A stretch of DNA of 58,427 bases from contig CAXTPY010000001.1 in NCBI GenBank assembly GCA_964246195.1, forward strand, positions 4,099 through 62,525. The letters run 5' to 3'. Below are positions 47,802 to 58,427 of the stretch, one piece after another. Both the position numbers and the translations under genes were made by a program. This DNA comes from an uncultured Acidobacteriaceae bacterium. Lineage in GTDB: Bacteria > Acidobacteriota > Terriglobia > Terriglobales > Acidobacteriaceae. Every line of letters begins with the position of its first letter. The first letter of the stretch is position 1. The notes beneath the pieces were generated by a model. It had not been told where the DNA came from. It saw nothing but the letters and a program-made list of their open reading frames with translations, and did not search any database.

Positions 47802-49883
47802 CTATTTGGTAGAGCTCTTGCTGAGCCACTTAGCTGCGAGAGGCTTGTCGGAGAGGGCTTTGATGAAGACTCCGCCCACTACACTGCGTGCCTGAAAGCC
47901 CACCTGCTTGCCGGTTTTGGTGTCGTACCAGTCGGTCATCGGAACCCGGGTGGGGGTCTCGTTCGACCACCTGTAGATGGGATCTACGAGCGCATTGAAA
48001 GCCGCAGGGTCGTCGGCAAGGGTCGCCGTCCAAAGCTCCCAATCCAACTTGGTGTAGTCCTTGCGGCTGTCGAGCGGTAACCCGTATAGCTGTAGCTTCG
48101 TCTGGTAGAAGTCGATTTCGCTCTCGCGGACGCTCTTCGGGAAGAGGTTATAGTCGAGCACCTTGTCCCAGACGAGATTGTACTTCTGGCTCCAGGTTCC
48201 GGGGCTGTCGAAGGCTAGCTTGTAGTGGTCACCTTCCTTCGCGAGACCGGTCCACTTCTCAGCCATCTGCTTCGCCAGCGCGCTGTACCGCTTTGCCTCA
48301 GCCTCATGGTGCAGGATCCGAGCGAGATCGGCATACGCCGCCAAGGCATCGATGGCTTTGATGGAGAGGTTGGCATTATGTGCCAAGTGACCGGCGAAGT
48401 CGTCGGTAGAGAGTTGATTCTCCGGGTTCAGGCCGTTCACGCGCAGATACTCAGCCCACTGCGTCAGTTGGGTCCAGAAGCGTTCGGCCAATACGGTGTT
48501 TGCTTCGCTTCGTGCGAGGGCATCCACCAAGATCAGGAGGTTGCCCGATTCCTCCACGGGCATTTGGTTTTCAATCGTTCTCTCGCCGCCTCCATACTCC
48601 TGCCCATTCGCTAGCGGATACTGCCCGAGATCGTGGGGAGCGAAAGGAAAGCGCCAGCGGTTCGGCATAGCCGCATACTGCAGCACAGGCAGCAACTGGG
48701 CCTCAAGCAGCTTTGGATTGAAGAAGAGAAAGATCGGCGCGGACGGGTAGAGAACGTCCACCGTGGCGATGTCGCCGTTCGAGAAGTTCTCTTTGGCAAA
48801 GAGCATTGGCGTGCCCGTCGCGTCCGAGACGAGCACGTGGGCGGCGATCGACTGGCGGTAGGCCAGGGTGCAGAGCCACGCATAGTGCTCGCCGGCGGAA
48901 CGCGTCAAATCCTCGGTCAGCTGCTTGTCAAAGCTGACGCCGCGCGCCTCGAGCGCAGGATAGTCGCGCGCCGCTTCGTCTAGCATCGTCGCCACCGGCT
49001 TGTTGTTGCGCTGCCAGTAGGGCCTCAGATTCTGGCCCAGCAGCTGGATCGCGTAGCCCTCGGTATAGCTGACGAGCAGGTGCCGCGAGACTAGTTGCCC
49101 ACCGACGGAGCCAAACGGGAAGGCGACGGCAAGCTCCGGCGCGGACCGGGCCGACGCGACTGGACCGTCCATCTCGTCTGCGTCTGCCAATTTTCCGACG
49201 TTCGCGAAGGTTAGCTCCGGATGGGTACTGATGCTGCTTTCCGATGGTTCGCCATCGGGTACGGCGAGGTGGAAGTATCCCCAGTCGATGCGCAGATCGT
49301 CACCGGACCTGTTGAGAAGTGCCTGGTCCCGCGTGCCCACGGAGAGCACGGTGGTCTCGGCGGTGCGGTGCCGCGCAAACACGACCGGCTGGTGGGTCAT
49401 GCTGACGGCAATTTCCGAGCTCGCGGCCAGTAGGACCGAGACGTCATGCTGGCCGCCATCGACCGCATGCACGGTCCATGTCACGTAGGTTACAGGACGC
49501 GAAAGAATCTCGAGATCGTCCAGGAACGCCGGGGTAAAAAAGGTGAGATCGATCTGAACGCCACCGCCCGTGAAGCTGTAGAGGGTATGCGTTGCAGTCA
49601 GCCGCATGGAGCTCTGCTCCAGGGGAGGCACGCTTCCTGGGTCGCGTCCCATGATACGGAAGGGCTTGCCATCCACACGCACCAGCCCAGCCAGAGGCTG
49701 CGGGCTTCCAGTCCAGTGCCTGGTGGGAGAGTCGGTCAACTTGTCGGTGTTCGACCACACGCTGAAGTACGGGTTATGCACGATGAGAGGCGTCATTGGC
49801 GGCCGCTCGTTCTGTTGGGCGCTGGAAGCACAACTGCCGGCGAAAGTCAGCAGCGCAAAGAGCATGGAGACGCGGACCAGCAT
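47802..49883 (-). CDS. Glutaminase-A-like exported protein (DUF5127/DUF4965/DUF1793, glycosidase-like fold)
   Basis: PLIVHNPYFSVWS, KENFSNGDIATVDV, HDLG, MPVEESGN, TDDFAG, SQKYNL and TKLDW. Confidence 0.85.
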   Translation of the reverse strand: MLVRVSMLFALLTFAGSCASSAQQNERPPMTPLIVHNPYFSVWSNTDKLTDSPTRHWTGSPQPLAGLVRVDGKPFRIMGRDPGSVPPLEQSSMRLTATHTLYSFTGGGVQIDLTFFTPAFLDDLEILSRPVTYVTWTVHAVDGGQHDVSVLLAASSEIAVSMTHQPVVFARHRTAETTVLSVGTRDQALLNRSGDDLRIDWGYFHLAVPDGEPSESSISTHPELTFANVGKLADADEMDGPVASARSAPELAVAFPFGSVGGQLVSRHLLVSYTEGYAIQLLGQNLRPYWQRNNKPVATMLDEAARDYPALEARGVSFDKQLTEDLTRSAGEHYAWLCTLAYRQSIAAHVLVSDATGTPMLFAKENFSNGDIATVDVLYPSAPIFLFFNPKLLEAQLLPVLQYAAMPNRWRFPFAPHDLGQYPLANGQEYGGGERTIENQMPVEESGNLLILVDALARSEANTVLAERFWTQLTQWAEYLRVNGLNPENQLSTDDFAGHLAHNANLSIKAIDALAAYADLARILHHEAEAKRYSALAKQMAEKWTGLAKEGDHYKLAFDSPGTWSQKYNLVWDKVLDYNLFPKSVRESEIDFYQTKLQLYGLPLDSRKDYTKLDWELWTATLADDPAAFNALVDPIYRWSNETPTRVPMTDWYDTKTGKQVGFQARSVVGGVFIKALSDKPLAAKWLSKSSTK

Positions 49884-50044
49884 TACACAACCCCCGACAC
49901 CAAAGACATCCTGAGCGCGAAGAGCATGGGATTCAGCGTTTATCTTAGTTCATGCGCATTGTTGCCATGCTATGGCCGAATCTCGCCTTTGCGTTTCCTC
50001 TCAACTCTTCCGCAGATTCCCCAGCTGACGTTTATGGACAAGTT

Positions 50045-50488
50045 TTAAGCGTGCGTCCCACCTGCCGACGCAATCTGTTCCTCGGCCTGCCGGGTCACCG
50101 CATTCGCGTCATCATACGCGTCGCCGTTATCACCCGCCTCACGCCACAGTTCAGAGCCTCGCTGCAGCTCCTGTTGAGCCTTGGCGACGTCGATCTCCTC
50201 CGGCCGAAGCGCCGTCTCCGCCAGGATCGTCACCCGTTCCGGCAACACCTCCACAAAGCCCCACGCAACGAAAAAACGCTGCTCCCCAGCCGGACCCCCG
50301 TGCAGTCGAACCTCACCCGCCCCCAACTCCGCGAGCAGCGGAGCATGCCCATACAGCGCCTCCAGATACCCCGACATCGACGGCAGCTCTACCGCTTCCG
50401 CCAAAGCATCTAGCAGCACCCGGTCCGGCGTCACCAGACGCACCGCAAGCAGACCCGGGTGATCCTTCATTGTGGTTGACTCTGCCAT
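50045..50488 (-). CDS. atpC: ATP synthase F1 epsilon
   Basis: VRLVTPDR, GHAPL and GFVEV; follows atpD. Confidence 0.95.
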   Translation of the reverse strand: MAESTTMKDHPGLLAVRLVTPDRVLLDALAEAVELPSMSGYLEALYGHAPLLAELGAGEVRLHGGPAGEQRFFVAWGFVEVLPERVTILAETALRPEEIDVAKAQQELQRGSELWREAGDNGDAYDDANAVTRQAEEQIASAGGTHA

Positions 50489-50489
50489 C

Positions 50490-51971
<1,482 letters not shown>

Positions 51972-53063
51972 CTAAAGCGCAGCTGCTCCGCTCACAATCT
52001 CGATAATCTCTTTCGTGATCGCCGCCTGTCGCACACGGTTCATCTGCAGCGTGTACGCATCGATCATCTCGCCCGCATTCTTGGTTGCGGCATCGGTCGC
52101 CGTCATACGCGCCGCATGCTCCGCCGCCGCACTCTCGAGCAGAGCATGGAAGAGCTGCGTCGTAACATACCGCGGCATCAAATGCCGGAACAGACGCTCG
52201 GGAGACTGGTCGAAGATATAGTCCACCTCCGCCGTACCGAACTTCTTCGCCTCCTGCTCCATCGTCGACTCTTCCGGCTCGTTGAGCGAAACACCGGCAG
52301 CCTGGGCAGCACGCCCAGCCGCCTCGCGCTGCTCTTCACTCATCACCTCAGCCACGGTAATCTCGTGCGAACCCAGCTTCTGTATAGGCAGCAGCTTCTC
52401 CACGACAATCCTCTGCGAGATCACCGACTTGAACTCGTTGTACACCAGGTATACCGAATCGATCTCCGCCCGCTCATACCGTTCGATAATCGAGTGCGCC
52501 ACCTCCGACACCCCGCCGAAGTCCAATTTCAGCAGCAGGTCCATACGCTCCGCGGCCACCTCGATCGGCGCCGCACGGTGCCGGATCGTCTCATAGTGCG
52601 TCGACAGGTCGTTGTCGTAATGCTCTTCCTTCCTCTCGTAGTTTGCCGCGGGATAACGCCGCTTGTAGAATCCGATCGCCTTCTTTCCAATCGGCTCCAC
52701 ATCGACATTCTGCCCCTTCCCTCGCCGCGCGTCGATGAACCTCTGGGCGGCCTTGCCTATATTCGAATTGAAGCCGCCGGCGAATCCCATGTAGCCCGCG
52801 ATCACTACCACGAGCACATTCTTCTCCTCCCGCTGCACGAGCAGAGGATGCAGAATCTCGCCCGTCTGCTCGTTGTAAAGATCGGTTCGCCGCACCAGCG
52901 ACTCCAGCACGTTCGAAATCATCTGCGCGTACGGTCGCGCCAACATCGCCCGCTCCTGCGCGCGCCGCAGCTTCGATGCCGACACCATCTTTAAAGCGCG
53001 CGTGATCTGCCGCGTGTTCTTCACACTGCGTATCCGCCGCCGGAGATCGAGGACGTTAGCCAT
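51972..53063 (-). CDS. atpG: ATP synthase F1 gamma (long, with insertions)
   Basis: RIRSVKNTRQIT...KMVS and RQAAITKEIIEIVSGAAAL. Confidence 0.97.
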   Translation of the reverse strand: MANVLDLRRRIRSVKNTRQITRALKMVSASKLRRAQERAMLARPYAQMISNVLESLVRRTDLYNEQTGEILHPLLVQREEKNVLVVVIAGYMGFAGGFNSNIGKAAQRFIDARRGKGQNVDVEPIGKKAIGFYKRRYPAANYERKEEHYDNDLSTHYETIRHRAAPIEVAAERMDLLLKLDFGGVSEVAHSIIERYERAEIDSVYLVYNEFKSVISQRIVVEKLLPIQKLGSHEITVAEVMSEEQREAAGRAAQAAGVSLNEPEESTMEQEAKKFGTAEVDYIFDQSPERLFRHLMPRYVTTQLFHALLESAAAEHAARMTATDAATKNAGEMIDAYTLQMNRVRQAAITKEIIEIVSGAAAL

Positions 53064-53065
53064 AC

Positions 53066-54712
<1,647 letters not shown>

Positions 54713-55258
54713 TCAGGCCTGCGCTGTCATCAAACTCTGTTTCAACCGATCGAGCTGAGCGCGCACCGACCCGTCATACACCATCGACCCGATCCGGACC
54801 ACCACCCCTCCCAGCAGCGCAGGGTCTTCACGATACGTTACCTTCGCGCGACTACCGGTCAGCTTAGCCACCTCTGCCTCCAGCTCCGCCCGCTCCTCTT
54901 CGCCCAGCCGCCGTATGCTTATAATCTCCGCCTCCGCCAGCCCCTGCTCCGACTCCACGATCAAGATATACTCCGCCAAAATCGACTCCAGCTCGTACAG
55001 CCTTTGATGGTCCGTAATTACTGCCACAAAGTTACGTACCTGCTTATACATCCCGATCCGCGCAGCGATCGCGTCCAGCACCTTCAGCTTTTGCGGTGAA
55101 GGGATGGAAGGATCCATCAAGACCTCGCGCAGCTCCCTGCTGCCCGCGAACGTGCCCGCAAAGTCCCGCAGCTGCTGCTCGGCGGCGTGGGAGTCCAGAT
55201 GCAGGGAGGAGACAGCACCGGCTAAAGCATGAGCATAGCGAAGGGAGAGCACGGACAT
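54713..55258 (-). CDS. atpH: ATP synthase delta
   Basis: RYAHAL and DPALLGGVVVRIG...DGSV. Confidence 0.95.
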   Translation of the reverse strand: MSVLSLRYAHALAGAVSSLHLDSHAAEQQLRDFAGTFAGSRELREVLMDPSIPSPQKLKVLDAIAARIGMYKQVRNFVAVITDHQRLYELESILAEYILIVESEQGLAEAEIISIRRLGEEERAELEAEVAKLTGSRAKVTYREDPALLGGVVVRIGSMVYDGSVRAQLDRLKQSLMTAQA

Positions 55259-55974
55259 CAGTTTCTCCCGTCCTTCGCGGGATCGTCCGTCAGGCGCCGC
55301 GCAAAGGCCTGCACCAGCGCCCGGTCCATGTCTACCGAGACCACCAACCTCCGCGCCGCCTGCTCCACGGCCAACTCTGCCGCGTACCTCTGCAGCTGCC
55401 TGCGCGCGTGGGCAGTAGCCGCTGCGATCTCCTCCTCCGTGCTCTCCAGCATCTTCCGCTTCTCTTCTTCGAGCGCGGCTCGGGCACGTTGCTCCTCGGC
55501 CGCCGCATCGTGATCCGCTCGCGCCTTCATCTCCGCGATCCGGTCGTCCAGCTCACTCAATCTCTCCTCCACGCTGCTCAGCCGCGCGCCGGCCTCCTCG
55601 GTCGCGGTCCGCGCATCGACCAGATGCTTCTGGATGGCGGTGTTCCGGTTCCGGAACGTCCGTGGAAGCATCCTCCCCAGCATCCAGGCCAAGAGCGCCG
55701 CCAGCACGAAGAAGTTGCCCACCTCAAAGGTTGTCGCCGACTGGTCCACGCTCATCCCGAACACATGTCCCAGCTTCGCAACCGCAGCCGAATGCTTGTA
55801 CGCCTCGTTCTGGTCTTCTTCCTGCTTGTTCTTCTCCGGCGACTGCGCCTCAGGAGTACTCCCATTTGTCGCACTGTCAGTCCTGGCCTGGCCGCGCACT
55901 GCATGCGTCCCGCTGAACAGCGAGGCAACAAGCAGCAGCAGATGCAGATATCGATTAAGCCGGCGGCCCTTCAA
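55258..55974 (-). CDS. atpF: ATP synthase F0 subunit b (N-terminally extended)
   Basis: TM followed by RNTAIQKHL and a coiled coil; operon position. Confidence 0.88.
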   Translation of the reverse strand: MKGRRLNRYLHLLLLVASLFSGTHAVRGQARTDSATNGSTPEAQSPEKNKQEEDQNEAYKHSAAVAKLGHVFGMSVDQSATTFEVGNFFVLAALLAWMLGRMLPRTFRNRNTAIQKHLVDARTATEEAGARLSSVEERLSELDDRIAEMKARADHDAAAEEQRARAALEEEKRKMLESTEEEIAAATAHARRQLQRYAAELAVEQAARRLVVSVDMDRALVQAFARRLTDDPAKDGRN

Positions 55975-56438
55975 CGCGCCACCTCCCGCGCGGTCGCAGT
56001 CTTCGGCAGCACCGCGCGCAATACCTGCGCGCTCAACTCCGAGTTGGCGCTCTGAATTTGCTGCTGGGCTGCAGCCGAACTCTGCTCGATCTCCTGCTTA
56101 GCAGCACGCAGATGCTCCTGCGCAGCGCGGCGAACATCATCGAGGACAGCCTCGCGCTCGCCAGCCCACAGCTTGAGCCTCTTCTCCCGCGCATCCGATA
56201 TCGCCGCTCTCGCTGCCCGAAGCTTATCCTCCACTACCTGCGTCTCGGCCTCCGCCGCAGCCAGCGCGCCGCGCGCCTGCTCCACCGCGCCGCTCGTCCT
56301 CGCTCTCCGCTCCGCCAGTAAGGAGTCGAGCGGACGCCGCACCAGCAGCCCATACGCGCTAACCAGCAGCAGGAACAGCACCATCGTCGGCACGGAGCCG
56401 AGCACAAGATCACCGAGTTGGTGCAGTATGAGGTTCAT
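55971..56438 (-). CDS. atpF: ATP synthase F0 subunit b'
   Basis: TM plus RPLDSLLAERRAR and a coiled coil; first gene of the operon. Confidence 0.85.
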   Translation of the reverse strand: MNLILHQLGDLVLGSVPTMVLFLLLVSAYGLLVRRPLDSLLAERRARTSGAVEQARGALAAAEAETQVVEDKLRAARAAISDAREKRLKLWAGEREAVLDDVRRAAQEHLRAAKQEIEQSSAAAQQQIQSANSELSAQVLRAVLPKTATAREVAR

Positions 56439-56762
56439 GGGAGAGTCGCAGGTCGGAACCGCTTACGTCAGTACACTCCCCTGGGAGGAAATGCTTGGTG
56501 GGGAGAATTAGGTCCAGCTTTCGCTACAGCGGTACATCTAGTTTTAGCAAGGGGATTGAGCGAGTGTCAAACAGGCCCTGACCGTATACCGCTCACGTAG
56601 TCCGATTAGCGGCCGCCGCGACAAGTGCGCGACAATTATTGGAGATGCCTTGAGCTTTGCCTCGCGCGGGGCTACCATAGCACAACCGCCAAGACCCGTT
56701 CTGGGTCACATGGGCCGCACGTTCCGGGACACTACTTCCGCTCCCCGAATTGGCGGCCCGTG

Positions 56763-58265
56763 TTACGTTTCCGCCCCCGCCTCACGCTCATAGTATCGCC
56801 GGTAGCGCTGCAGCAGCGAGATCGGCCCCTTCACCAAGGCATGCACTAGGTTCCCCTCGAAGCGCTTCGCCTCGAAGATCGCTCCAGCCTCAAGCGCGGA
56901 CAGAATCGCTCCCTCCCGCTGCGGAATTCTGAACCTTTGCTCCACCACCGGGTCCTCCACCAACGCCTTATCGATCGCCTCCAGCAGATCGCCCAGGCCC
57001 GTCCCCTTCAGGCCCGAGACCTCGATTGCCCCCGGCGCAGCCCCACGCGCCTGATCCTTTGCCAGCACCCGGTCCATCTTGTTCCTCACCTGCAGCACAG
57101 GCTTCCCCGCTACATCCAGCTCCGCCAGCACACGCTCCACCTGCGCGCGCTGCTCCCCCGCCATCTCGCTAGAAGCATCCTGCACATGCAGCAGCAGCTC
57201 CGCCCGTTCTACTTCTTCGAGCGTAGCGCGAAAGCTCGTCACCAGCGTATGCGGCAGATTGCGTATGAACCCCACCGTATCCGACAGTAGAATTTTCCTC
57301 CGCGAAGGCAACTGCAACTCCGCCAGCTTCGGATCGAGCGTAGCGAACATCCGCGACGACTCCAGCACCCCCGCCGCCGTCAGCGCATTGAACAACGTAC
57401 TCTTGCCCGCATTGGTATACCCCACTAGAGCCACCACAGGCACCGGCACCGCCTCCCGCCGATGTCTCTGCTGTCCACGTATGCGCCGAACCGCCTCCAG
57501 CTGCTCTTTGAGGTGATCGATCCGAACATTGATCCGCCTTCGGTCCGTCTCGAGCTTCGTCTCGCCCGGCCCCCTGGTTCCAATCCCGCCGCCAAGCTGT
57601 GACATCGCTTTGCCCCGTCCAGCCAGCCTCGGCAACTGGTACTGCAACTGGGCCAGCTCCACCTGCAGCTGCCCCTCGCGCGTTCTCGCGTGGCGTGCGA
57701 AGATGTCCAGGATCAACTGCGTCCTGTCGATCACCCGACACGGCAGTTCCGCCTCCAAGTTGCGCAGTTGCGACGGCGTCAGGTCATGATCGAACAGCAC
57801 CACGTCGCTTTGGCACGAAGCAACCGAGGCTGCGATCTCCTCCACCTTGCCTCGGCCCACCAACGTCGCCGCATCCGGCCGCGCTCTCCTCTGCACCTGG
57901 GTCGCCGCCACGATGGCTCCAGCACTCCTGGCCAGCTCCTCGAACTCCGCCATGGACGAGGCGAAGTCCAGGTCCTCTCCCGGCTCCTCCGCAGACGGCA
58001 ACGCCTCGCCCTCCACTCCAGCCGGATCAAACCCACTCAGCTCTGCACTCGCTTTAGGATCTCCCAGCACAGCAGCTGCCTTCCTGGCCTCCCTCGCCGC
58101 CGCGCCCACCCTGCTCCGCTCCCCCGTAAAGCGCACCGCTACCAGGACCGCGCGTTCCAAGCGGTCCGCCCGCCGCTCCGCAGCCGCGTTCGAAGCGCGC
58201 TTCTGCTCCACCAAGCTCCTGCGCCTGGGGCCGGCCTCTACCGTCTCATCATGTTGTTGAGCCAA
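56763..58265 (-). CDS. hflX: Ribosome-associated GTPase HflX
   Basis: [40 protein letters not shown] and NKMD. Confidence 0.97.
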   Translation of the reverse strand: MAQQHDETVEAGPRRRSLVEQKRASNAAAERRADRLERAVLVAVRFTGERSRVGAAAREARKAAAVLGDPKASAELSGFDPAGVEGEALPSAEEPGEDLDFASSMAEFEELARSAGAIVAATQVQRRARPDAATLVGRGKVEEIAASVASCQSDVVLFDHDLTPSQLRNLEAELPCRVIDRTQLILDIFARHARTREGQLQVELAQLQYQLPRLAGRGKAMSQLGGGIGTRGPGETKLETDRRRINVRIDHLKEQLEAVRRIRGQQRHRREAVPVPVVALVGYTNAGKSTLFNALTAAGVLESSRMFATLDPKLAELQLPSRRKILLSDTVGFIRNLPHTLVTSFRATLEEVERAELLLHVQDASSEMAGEQRAQVERVLAELDVAGKPVLQVRNKMDRVLAKDQARGAAPGAIEVSGLKGTGLGDLLEAIDKALVEDPVVEQRFRIPQREGAILSALEAGAIFEAKRFEGNLVHALVKGPISLLQRYRRYYEREAGAET

Positions 58266-58267
58266 CT

Positions 58268-58427
58268 CTACCCATGCCCCCCCGCCGATCCACCGGAGCT
58301 CGGCGCCGCGGCTCCCACCGAAGGCACAGCCACACGATTCTCCGCGCGCGGCGGAGCCTCCCCATGCGTCCCCGCCCGCCCGCGCACCCCCGTCGCGATG
58401 GCATGCGTGAAGCTCAACTGCTCTTGC
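58268..58427 (-). CDS. hfq: RNA chaperone Hfq, 3' part only
   Basis: Manual translation [19 protein letters not shown]...* resembles Sm2 (QLIFKHAIST) plus a disordered tail, in the usual hfq-hflX order. Confidence 0.7.
   Translation of the reverse strand, partial: QEQLSFTHAIATGVRGRAGTHGEAPPRAENRVAVPSVGAAAPSSGGSAGGHG

Noticed and set aside
55096-56055. 319-aa plus-strand ORF and similar antisense ORFs over atp, virB4 and ABC genes
   Set aside because: Shadow ORFs opposite well-supported genes.
58268-58427. Unusual or degenerate Hfq (SFTHAIATG instead of IFKHAISTV)
   Set aside because: The differences can be explained by single T>G or A>C changes clustered at the very end of the sequence, consistent with low-quality terminal bases; this cannot be judged without reads.

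Overview
The window looks like an Acidobacteria-type chromosome (tmRNA tag ADNNLALAA, Oar-type TonB-dependent receptor, atpF'F-H-A-G-D-C operon next to hfq-hflX); this taxonomy is inferred. It has two parts. (1) Positions <1-27071 are one arm of an integrative conjugative element inserted at the 3' end of the tmRNA gene (ssrA, 27072-27426, minus strand). It carries a tyrosine integrase with putative arm sites, an Xis-like HTH protein, a MoxR AAA+ ATPase, a lytic transglycosylase, a divergent type IV secretion set (two VirB9-like, VirB10, three genes of VirB2-like repeats, VirB3, VirB4, two VirB5-like, VirB6, VirB8, VirD4), a Replic_Relax protein and a PAPS-reductase-family gene cut by the window edge. 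The key observation is an ~859-aa gene (6512-9091) inside the transfer region. It has the ordered motif series of single-subunit two-barrel RNA polymerases (eukaryotic RNAi RdRP / phage YonO superfamily) with a variant catalytic loop GGDFDFD, so this conjugative element appears to encode its own RNA polymerase. A non-coding block at 19070-19930 holds a 36-bp-period repeat array, hairpins and an exact 84-bp copy of part of virB10. (2) Positions 27427-58427 are host genes: xseB, a GGDEF cyclase, a TPR/barrel-NtrC-CHASE2 kinase-FecR module, a glycosyltransferase/ABC/phosphatase cluster, an epimerase, a TonB-dependent receptor, a glutaminase-A-like protein, atp genes, hflX and the 3' end of hfq. 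All family calls were made by eye from remembered motifs; no searches were run.
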